Source of the DNA: Gemmatimonadaceae bacterium
Lineage (GTDB): Bacteria; Gemmatimonadota; Gemmatimonadetes; Gemmatimonadales; Gemmatimonadaceae
Direction: 5' to 3'
Assembly (NCBI GenBank): GCA_035559375.1
Contig: DATMBI010000150.1
Span: forward strand, 1-31,793
DNA length: 31,793 nucleotides
Positions within the stretch are counted from its first letter, which is position 1, and each line of letters opens with the position of its first letter. Shown here in pieces: positions 1-7,628 of the stretch. The position numbers and the translations under genes were made by a program. The notes under the pieces are model-generated. The model was not told where the DNA came from and searched no databases. It saw nothing but the letters and a program-made list of their open reading frames with translations.

Positions 1-411
<411 letters not shown>

Positions 412-576
412 ATTCGCGTCGAAATGCCGTTCTTAACGTAAGGAAACTGCGGTATCTCAACGTGTTGACAAGAAACGACTTGGTCGACAGCTTCTTAGCT
501 CCGCAATCGGAGGTGTTCAGTTGCGAGTACTGTCGTCGGCGACCTACGTCACCGACATATTGACCACGCGTCCGGA

Positions 577-2163
577 ATGACGAACGCCCTGGAACCAGGT
601 GCGCAGGAATCAGCCTCTGCAGGAGCGCCCTCCCGTTACGGATCAGCCGCTTGCGTTGACCAAAACGAAGTCGGCTGGCAGGTAACTGGGGCGCAAGCCC
701 AAACGTCGGCCTGGAACCGCGGCACCTTCGGTCCCGGCTGGTTACCCCGGAACGTAGTGCGCCACGCTGCGCGTGACGCCACGCGAGTTCTGGTACTGGC
801 GGCATCGGATATAGTCCTGTGTTTGCTGTTGCTAGCCCTTCTCCACTTGATCCAGAGCGGCTCGGTTGGCATGTCCGTGGCTTGGACCGCCTGGCTTTTC
901 CCCCAAGGGTTGTTGAGAGGACCCGAGTTTCTGGGAGCAGTGCTGTTGGCGCTGGCATTAGTAGGAGCCTACGGAGCCGGCGATGCGCGGAATGACGGGG
1001 CTCGTCTGTTGGCTGGCTCGGTGCTTGCGGTATTAGTTTCGCTTTACCACGTAGCTTGGGTTCAGGGCTTCGTCGTGACCAGTTTGCGCGGGTTTAGCGT
1101 GACCGTGCTGCTAACGGCGGGCCTCACTGTGAGCCGCGCGATCGTGAACGCCGCTGTGAGGCGAGTCCGCCCGCGGGCAGCGGCTGCCCGGACCATTGTT
1201 GTGGCGCATTCTGACGCGGACTGGCGCGGGTTGGCAACGATGCTAAGACGGGTCGACGAACTCGCCGTTGTGGAGCGCATATCTCTCGATGAACGTGGCG
1301 GGGATGCTGTGCATCCCCGTCTTCGCTCCCTCCCTACGGACATCGAGACCCACCAAGCTGAAACTGTGCTTCTTTGGGGCAACCTGACCGACGCCGAGTT
1401 CGCGTTCCTCATAGACGTTGCTGTGGCCACAGGGTGCCGGTTGCTCGCGGGGGCGCGGACCCTGCGCGATGTGGAACCCAGGGGCGTCTGGATCGGAGGA
1501 CGGTGGCTCGTTGAGCTCACGCCGCCGACACTCCGGGGATGGCAGCTAGTCGTGAAGCGCGGAATGGATGTTCTGGGCGCCGCGCTAGGGTTACTTGTCT
1601 TGGCGCCGCTCATGGTTGCCATCAGCGTCGCCGTGAGACTGGACTCGCCCGGACCTGCATTGTTCAGTCAACGGCGGGTTGGCGCGAGGGGTCGTGTATT
1701 CCGGTTCCTTAAGTTTCGCTCCATGCGGGTCGACGCCGAGGACATGCTCCAGCGAGATCCGGAGCTTGGGCGCCTGTTTCGTGAGAACGCCTTCAAGATC
1801 CCAGAGGATCGGGATCCCCGTTTGACTCGACTCGGGCGGCTGTTGCGGAAGACGAGCCTGGATGAGTTGCCGCAGCTGATCAACGTGCTTCGGGGCGAGA
1901 TGTCGCTTGTCGGCCCGCGACCTATCGAACCCGGCGAGCTAGAGCATTACGGACATTACTTCGGGGACCAGGGGGTCCCGGTTTTTCTCTCGGTCAAGCC
2001 CGGGATCACAGGGGCATGGGCCATCAACGGCCGTTCGCGAGTTGGATACCCGGACCGGGCGCGCTTGGAGCTTGAGTACATCCGCACGTGGAGCATTCTG
2101 CAAGATCTGAGAATCCTGCTGGGGACGATACCGGCTGTCTTGCGGCGGCGCGGCGCTCACTGA
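577..2163 (+). CDS. Priming polyprenyl-phosphate glycosylphosphotransferase (WcaJ/WbaP-type sugar transferase)
   Basis: N-terminal TM helices plus C-terminal Bac_transf motifs KRGMDV, DSPGPALFSQRRVG, FKFRSM-like LKFRSM, DPRLTRLGRLLRKTSLDELPQLINVLRGEMSLVGPRP. The start codon is uncertain. Confidence 0.93.
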   Translation: MTNALEPGAQESASAGAPSRYGSAACVDQNEVGWQVTGAQAQTSAWNRGTFGPGWLPRNVVRHAARDATRVLVLAASDIVLCLLLLALLHLIQSGSVGMSVAWTAWLFPQGLLRGPEFLGAVLLALALVGAYGAGDARNDGARLLAGSVLAVLVSLYHVAWVQGFVVTSLRGFSVTVLLTAGLTVSRAIVNAAVRRVRPRAAAARTIVVAHSDADWRGLATMLRRVDELAVVERISLDERGGDAVHPRLRSLPTDIETHQAETVLLWGNLTDAEFAFLIDVAVATGCRLLAGARTLRDVEPRGVWIGGRWLVELTPPTLRGWQLVVKRGMDVLGAALGLLVLAPLMVAISVAVRLDSPGPALFSQRRVGARGRVFRFLKFRSMRVDAEDMLQRDPELGRLFRENAFKIPEDRDPRLTRLGRLLRKTSLDELPQLINVLRGEMSLVGPRPIEPGELEHYGHYFGDQGVPVFLSVKPGITGAWAINGRSRVGYPDRARLELEYIRTWSILQDLRILLGTIPAVLRRRGAH

Positions 2164-2174
2164 AGGCCGGAACA

Positions 2175-3338
2175 GTGACCGGGTCACCACGCGCGGACGG
2201 TCCCCGCTGGCTGAGGACCGACCGAGTCGGGAGTCTGGAGGGGCTCCGTGTCTTGATCGTTCACGATTGGGTGGTATCTTGGGCCGGCGCAGAGCGCTGC
2301 GTCGAACGGCTCCTTCACGTTTTTCCCCAAGCGGACTTTGTTGTTGGTGTCATCACTCCCGATATGCGCGAATGGAATTCTGTCACACGGCGCGCCCGCG
2401 AGAGTTGGCTGGGCGGCCTGCCAGGCGCGCGGCGCCATCATCGTTGGTTTCTCCCGGCTGAGGGCTTGGCGTTCGCGTCGCTGGACACGGACGGATACGA
2501 CTTAGTCCTGTCGAGCGCTCACGCCCTTGCCAAGGCTGTCCCTGCGCCGAAGCATGGCTTGCACATGTGTTATTGCCACTCTCCCCCCCGGTATCTCTGG
2601 GACTTACACAGCACATATCAGCGGGACGCCAACGGTTTGCAACGCGTCGCTCTTAAACTCGGAGTGAGCGCGGTGCGGTGGTTCGACAAGTGGTCCGCTC
2701 AGCGCGTTGACCGTTTCATTTCCAACTCCCGGCACGTTGCAGATCGCATCCTCAGGTGGTATGGACGCTCGGCCCGGGTGGTGTACCCCCCGGTGCAGCT
2801 GAAATGCCCTGTCAAGGGGAACGGGCCGCGCGGCGACTTCTTGTTGTTCCTTGGGCGGCTCGTTCCGTACAAGCGGGTTGATCTCGCGATAGAGGCGGCC
2901 GCGCGCTCAGGAGTCAAGCTCGTCGTAGCCGGAGATGGACCGGATCGCGCACGTCTTGAAAAGCTCGCGGGCTCGCAAGTGGAATTTCTGGGTGCCGTGT
3001 CGGAATACGACGCAGGGCGTTTGATGGAGGAATGCCGGGCCTTCATCTTCTGCGGCGAGGAAGACTTCGGGATCGCGCCAGTCGAGGCGAATGGACACGG
3101 GGCACCTGTGATTGGGTACGCGAGCGGCGGGCTGTTGGAAACGATGATTCCCGGAACGACTGCCGAGTTCTTCGACAGGCAGGAGGTCAGCGCCGTGGTC
3201 GCGGCCATTCGGCGTGCACTGGCGAGGGCCTGGGACACAGCCGCGATTCGTGCGAACGCAAGGAGATTCGCTCCAGAGCGGTTCGACCGGGAGATCCGGT
3301 CGCATATCGAATCCGCCTTGCGTGGAGAGCAATGGTGA
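2175..3338 (+). CDS. Glycosyltransferase family 4 (WbaZ-like)
   Basis: HDWVVSWAGAERCV N-terminus, FLGRLVPYKRVD and EEDFGIAPVEANGHG (EX7E). Start set at the in-frame GTG 2175, just after the previous stop; the ORF track start at 2088 overlaps the upstream gene. Confidence 0.9.
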   Translation: MTGSPRADGPRWLRTDRVGSLEGLRVLIVHDWVVSWAGAERCVERLLHVFPQADFVVGVITPDMREWNSVTRRARESWLGGLPGARRHHRWFLPAEGLAFASLDTDGYDLVLSSAHALAKAVPAPKHGLHMCYCHSPPRYLWDLHSTYQRDANGLQRVALKLGVSAVRWFDKWSAQRVDRFISNSRHVADRILRWYGRSARVVYPPVQLKCPVKGNGPRGDFLLFLGRLVPYKRVDLAIEAAARSGVKLVVAGDGPDRARLEKLAGSQVEFLGAVSEYDAGRLMEECRAFIFCGEEDFGIAPVEANGHGAPVIGYASGGLLETMIPGTTAEFFDRQEVSAVVAAIRRALARAWDTAAIRANARRFAPERFDREIRSHIESALRGEQW

Positions 3339-3519
3339 CGCGCGGTGTTGCTGCGTAGGTGTGGGATTTGTTTCAACTCGACGACAACTGCGTGGACATC
3401 GCTTCACGCTTGATGCGACCGTTAACGCAGCCGTCAACTGTGGCGTTCGCCAGGGCGTATTAAAGGTGGCTGACACGGGCACGTGCCGGTGCGCACGTAG
3501 GCTCGAGACGGGGGTGTCG

Positions 3520-4569
3520 ATGAGTCGGTTGTTGACGATCGATGGGTGCAAAGTCACGGACGATACGGATTGCTACGTGATTGCCGAGGTGGGTCACAAT
3601 CATCAGGGGAGTCTCGAGAAGTGTCGCGAGTTGTTCCGAGTGGCCAAGGAATGTGGGGTCAACGCCGTCAAGTTACAGAAGCGAGACAATCGGTCGCTTT
3701 ACACGAGAGCCCTCTTCAATAAACCTTACGATAACGAAAACAGTTTTGGGGCGACGTACGGTGAGCACCGTGAGGCGCTGGAGTTTGGCCGGGAAGAGTA
3801 TTGCGAACTCATGCGCTACTGTGCTGAGCTACAGCTCACGATGTTCGCGACAGCGTTTGACATCCCGAGTGCCGACTTGTTGGCGGATCTGAACGTTCCC
3901 GCATTCAAGATCGCATCGGGCGACCTGCGCTCGATACCACTGCTCAGGCACGTAGCGGCGTTTGGTAAACCGTTGATTGTCAGCACGGGTGGGGCCACTT
4001 GGGAGGATATCCAACGGGCCTACGACGCCATCATGCCGATCAATAGTCAGCTATGTTTCATGCAGTGCACCGCCGCGTATCCGGCGGCACCGGAGGACCT
4101 AAACCTCAGGGTTATTGAAGGTCTTCGACGCCGGTATCCAAATCTGGTTATCGGGTTCTCCGATCATGAGAATGGTATTGCTATGGCTGTCGCAGCGTTC
4201 GTCCTTGGAGCGAGAGTCATCGAAAAGCACTTCACTCTTAACCATACATGGAAGGGAACCGATCATGCCTTCTCGTTGGAGCCGATTGGCCTCCGGAAAC
4301 TTGTTCGGGATCTTAGGAGGGCACGGGTTGCGCTTGGTGACGGTGACAAGCGGCCCCTTCCGTCGGAGGAGGCACCCCTTCTGAAGATGGGGAAGAAGCT
4401 CGTGGCCTGCCGCGCTCTACCAGCAGGCCACCTCCTGAGACCAGAGGACATCGCCATGAAATCTCCTGGTGACGGACTGCCGCCTTCTTACATGGACCAG
4501 GTCGTAGGGAGACGCGTCGTGCGGGCGTTAGACGTTGATGAAAACATCACGTTGGATGTGCTGGAGTAA
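3520..4569 (+). CDS. neuB: N-acetylneuraminate synthase family (NeuB/NANS-like PEP-dependent ulosonate synthase) with C-terminal SAF domain
   Basis: IAEVGHNHQG, KLQKR, FKIASGD, STGG, QCTAAYP, GFSDHENG, EKHFTL motifs. ATG 3520 follows GGGGG; the ORF-track extension to 3214 overlaps the GT4 gene. Confidence 0.93.
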   Translation: MSRLLTIDGCKVTDDTDCYVIAEVGHNHQGSLEKCRELFRVAKECGVNAVKLQKRDNRSLYTRALFNKPYDNENSFGATYGEHREALEFGREEYCELMRYCAELQLTMFATAFDIPSADLLADLNVPAFKIASGDLRSIPLLRHVAAFGKPLIVSTGGATWEDIQRAYDAIMPINSQLCFMQCTAAYPAAPEDLNLRVIEGLRRRYPNLVIGFSDHENGIAMAVAAFVLGARVIEKHFTLNHTWKGTDHAFSLEPIGLRKLVRDLRRARVALGDGDKRPLPSEEAPLLKMGKKLVACRALPAGHLLRPEDIAMKSPGDGLPPSYMDQVVGRRVVRALDVDENITLDVLE

Positions 4570-4586
4570 CGTGGCGGTCGAGCACA

Positions 4587-5384
4587 GTGTTTGACCTGTC
4601 AGGTCAGATTGCGGTTGTCACCGGGGCTTTTGGGCGCCTTGGCCCCGTGTGGATCGAGGCCCTCCTTTCGGCTGGGTCGGCGGTGGCGGCAATCGAGCTG
4701 CCAGGGGTGACACCGGATTCGCGCTGGGTTGCAATTGAGCGACGGTTTAGTAACCGAGTGCGTGTTCTGCGGGCGGACGTGCGAGACCGGACGAGCTTGG
4801 AAGTCGCTGCAGGACAAGTCGAGCAGGAATTCGGGGTACCGACCATCTTGGTGAACAACGCAGGCATCGACCAACCACCGGGGAGGACACAAACGCACAC
4901 TGTGGAGTCGTTTCCCGTGCAGGAGTTCCGCAACGTTCTCGAGGTGAACCTGATTGGCGCCTTTCAGGTCACGCAGGTCTTCGGTCCCTCCATGGTGCGC
5001 GCTAGGCGTGGATCGATCGTGAACATCGGCTCACTTTATGGCAGCGTGTCGCCAGACGCTCGGCTCTATGAGCATCTGAGCAACGACCCGCCTTTTCTCA
5101 AGCCGCCAGGATATGGCGCTTCCAAGGCGGGCCTCATTAACCTGACCCGATACCTTGCGGCTCACTGGGGGCCGTTCGGGATACGCGTGAACGCATTGTC
5201 TCCGGGTGGGGTGACCGGTGACCAGGACGATGTGTTCAAGAGAAAGTTCGCGAAGCGCGTCCCCTTGGGTCGGATGGCGACGCCAGCTGATCTAGGAGGA
5301 CCGCTGTTGTTCCTGGCGTCTGATGCGTCGTCGTATGTCACTGGCATAGACCTCCAGGTAGACGGTGGATTCACGGTATGGTGA
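4587..5384 (+). CDS. Short-chain dehydrogenase/reductase (classical SDR, similar in type to PtmA-like SDRs of nonulosonate clusters)
   Basis: TGAFGRLG nucleotide-binding loop, NNAG, catalytic Ser in NIGSLYG, YGASK (YxxxK), IRVNALSPGG, PLGRMA. Confidence 0.92.
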   Translation: MFDLSGQIAVVTGAFGRLGPVWIEALLSAGSAVAAIELPGVTPDSRWVAIERRFSNRVRVLRADVRDRTSLEVAAGQVEQEFGVPTILVNNAGIDQPPGRTQTHTVESFPVQEFRNVLEVNLIGAFQVTQVFGPSMVRARRGSIVNIGSLYGSVSPDARLYEHLSNDPPFLKPPGYGASKAGLINLTRYLAAHWGPFGIRVNALSPGGVTGDQDDVFKRKFAKRVPLGRMATPADLGGPLLFLASDASSYVTGIDLQVDGGFTVW

Positions 5385-5400
5385 CCAGCTGGGGGTCGCT

Positions 5401-6873
5401 GTGGTTGATCTGACGATACCAGCGCGTATTCCAAACTTCGTGGCGGGCAAGGAAACTCCTCCGGCCCGAGAGACTTGGTTTCCCAAGTTCGATCCCGCGA
5501 CCGGACGTGTCGTTGCTGAAGTTGCGCGCTCGCAACGAGATGACGTTACTGCAGCTGTTTGTGCGGCTCAGCGGGCACAGCCCGGCTGGGCCTCCACCAC
5601 TGTTGTGCGAAGAGGAGAGACGCTCCGGGCGCTGACGCTAGAGCTCCAGGCGCATCAGATGGAGATGGCCCGAATCGTGGCCGCCGAGACAGGCAAGTCC
5701 CTCAAGGATGCCATGGCAGAGTGCGTCGGAGCCATTGAGATGGGGTTTTTCGTGGCCAGCGAGGGCCGGCGCTACTACGGGCGCACGACAACGAGCGCGA
5801 TTGAACACCGAGTGGCGATGACGGTACGCCAGCCGCTCGGCGTCGCCGGGCTCATCATTGCTGCCAATACGCCGCTCGCAAACGTGGCGTGGAAGGTCTT
5901 CCCCGCGTTGCTGTGCGGCAATGCGGTTGTTTTGAAGCCGGCGGAAGACACACCACTGAGCGCATGGGCCTTTGCTCGCCTTGCGGCCGCAGCGGCGGTG
6001 CCTGCCGGGGTACTCAATGTCGTTCACGGGTACGGCGATGAGGCCGGGGCTCCACTTGTGGAGTGTCCAGACGTAGCCGTTGTGAGCTTTACCGGGTCAT
6101 GCGAGGTTGGACGGACGATTGCACGAGTGGCCAGTGGCCGTCTGGCCAAGGTCTGCTTAGAGCTCGGCGGCAAGAACCCGCTCGTCGTTTGCGATGACGC
6201 GGATCTCGAGCGCGCTGTCGAGGCGGCGGCCCTATCGGGATTCAGCAATGCCGGACAGCGGTGTGCGGCGGGGAGCAGGGTAATCGTGTTCGACCGCGTT
6301 TACGAGGAATTCCGTGAACGACTGGTGCAGCGCGTCGGTCGCCTTCGGGTGGGTACCGCCAACGGAGACGATTTCGGTCCCGTGATTAATGAGATGCAGT
6401 TAAATGGAATGCTGGCGGCGATCGAGGCTGCGAAGACTCGTGGTATTCGTGTGTTGACAGGTGGGCACAGGCTGTCCGGGCCCGGCTACGACGGTGGCTA
6501 CTTTCTTGCGCCAACGATTCTGGAAGGTGCCGGGCCAGACGACGCCGTGTCGCAAACGGAACTGTTCGGGCCGATCATTGCTCTATATCGAGTCCGCACG
6601 CTGGACGATGCAGTACAGCTCGCCAACCAATCTCCTTTCGGGTTGACAGCGGCCGTGTGGACCCGTTCGATTCATCGAGCTATGGTGTTCATGGAGCGAG
6701 TGCAGGCCGGCGTAGTGTCTGTGAACGGGCCCACGTACGGTAGCGAGCCACACTTGCCTTTCGGTGGGTTGAAGGCGTCGGGCAACGGGCTGCGAGAGGC
6801 GGGGACTGAGGCCCTCGATGTCTATTCCGATTGGAAGACTATCTACCTGAACCACGATCCGCAGGCGCTCTAG
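5401..6873 (+). CDS. NAD(P)+-dependent aldehyde dehydrogenase
   Basis: LKPAE, FTGS, ELGGKNP (catalytic Glu), NAGQRCAAG (catalytic Cys), ELFGP, PFGGLKASGNG. Start estimated at GTG 5401 after GGGGG. Confidence 0.93.
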   Translation: MVDLTIPARIPNFVAGKETPPARETWFPKFDPATGRVVAEVARSQRDDVTAAVCAAQRAQPGWASTTVVRRGETLRALTLELQAHQMEMARIVAAETGKSLKDAMAECVGAIEMGFFVASEGRRYYGRTTTSAIEHRVAMTVRQPLGVAGLIIAANTPLANVAWKVFPALLCGNAVVLKPAEDTPLSAWAFARLAAAAAVPAGVLNVVHGYGDEAGAPLVECPDVAVVSFTGSCEVGRTIARVASGRLAKVCLELGGKNPLVVCDDADLERAVEAAALSGFSNAGQRCAAGSRVIVFDRVYEEFRERLVQRVGRLRVGTANGDDFGPVINEMQLNGMLAAIEAAKTRGIRVLTGGHRLSGPGYDGGYFLAPTILEGAGPDDAVSQTELFGPIIALYRVRTLDDAVQLANQSPFGLTAAVWTRSIHRAMVFMERVQAGVVSVNGPTYGSEPHLPFGGLKASGNGLREAGTEALDVYSDWKTIYLNHDPQAL

Positions 6874-6875
6874 GG

Positions 6876-7628
6876 TTGTCAGGTCCGACGGTTGTAGCTC
6901 TGATTCCTGCGCGTGGCGGCTCCAGACGTGTCCCGCGGAAGAACCTACGCGTTTTGGGTGGGCATCCTCTCCTGGCTTACACAATTGCAGCAGCTCGCTC
7001 AAGTGGTGTGTTCTCTGCGGTGATTGTCTCTTCCGACGACCCTGAGACCGTGGCGGTGGCCGAGTATTACGGCGCAGAGGTTCCATTCCTGCGCCCCGCG
7101 TGGATCGCGACCGAAACATCACTTGACATCGAGTGGGTGCGGTACACCCTTGATAGGCTGGCGCAAGCAGGGCAACGTTGGGACGCCTTCAGCATCCTGC
7201 GACCGACCAGCCCGTTTCGGTTGCCCGAAACGATTTGTCGTGCCTGGCGGCAATTCACTGCCGGTTGCGCGGCCGACTCGTTGAGGGCTGTCGAGCCGTG
7301 TCGGCAACATCCAGGTAAGATGTGGGTGGTCGAGGGCGATTTGATGAGGCCCCTGCTGAACGACGGGCCACGAGACCGACCGTGGCATAGCACTCCGTAT
7401 CAGGCACTACCACGCGTGTACGTCCAGAATGCGAGCTTGGAAATCGCGTGGAGCCGGGTTGTGGAGGAAACAGGAACCATAGCCGGAAAGCGGATAGCAC
7501 CGTTCTTCACGACGGGGTACGAGGGGTTTGATATCAATGATCTGCACGACTGGTGGTTGGCCGAGGAGCTTGTACGCCGGGGCGAGGCGGCGCTGCCTAA
7601 TGTGAACGAGATTCCCTACAAAACATGA
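6876..7628 (+). CDS. neuA: Acylneuraminate cytidylyltransferase family (CMP-ulosonate synthetase, single domain)
   Basis: ALIPARGGSRRVPRKN, VIVSSDD, LRPTSP, YVQNASL, DINDLHDW motifs. Start estimated at TTG 6876; the stop overlaps the next ATG (ATGA). Confidence 0.9.
   Translation: MSGPTVVALIPARGGSRRVPRKNLRVLGGHPLLAYTIAAARSSGVFSAVIVSSDDPETVAVAEYYGAEVPFLRPAWIATETSLDIEWVRYTLDRLAQAGQRWDAFSILRPTSPFRLPETICRAWRQFTAGCAADSLRAVEPCRQHPGKMWVVEGDLMRPLLNDGPRDRPWHSTPYQALPRVYVQNASLEIAWSRVVEETGTIAGKRIAPFFTTGYEGFDINDLHDWWLAEELVRRGEAALPNVNEIPYKT

Noticed and set aside
465-493. Perfect TTGACA upstream of the priming glycosyltransferase, overlapping TCAAC-gt-GTTGA
   Set aside because: No acceptable -10 hexamer at 16-18 bp (CAGCTT); too weak to call a promoter.
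3418-3438. CCGTTAAC/CCGTCAAC direct repeat upstream of neuB as a regulator site
   Set aside because: A single pair, 12 bp apart, with no convincing adjacent promoter and no second instance.
7197-7214. LRPTSP instead of LQPTSP in the CMP-synthetase as evidence for binding an extra carboxylate
   Set aside because: It would fit the diacid hypothesis, but as I recall Arg at this position is common in the family, so it is not diagnostic.
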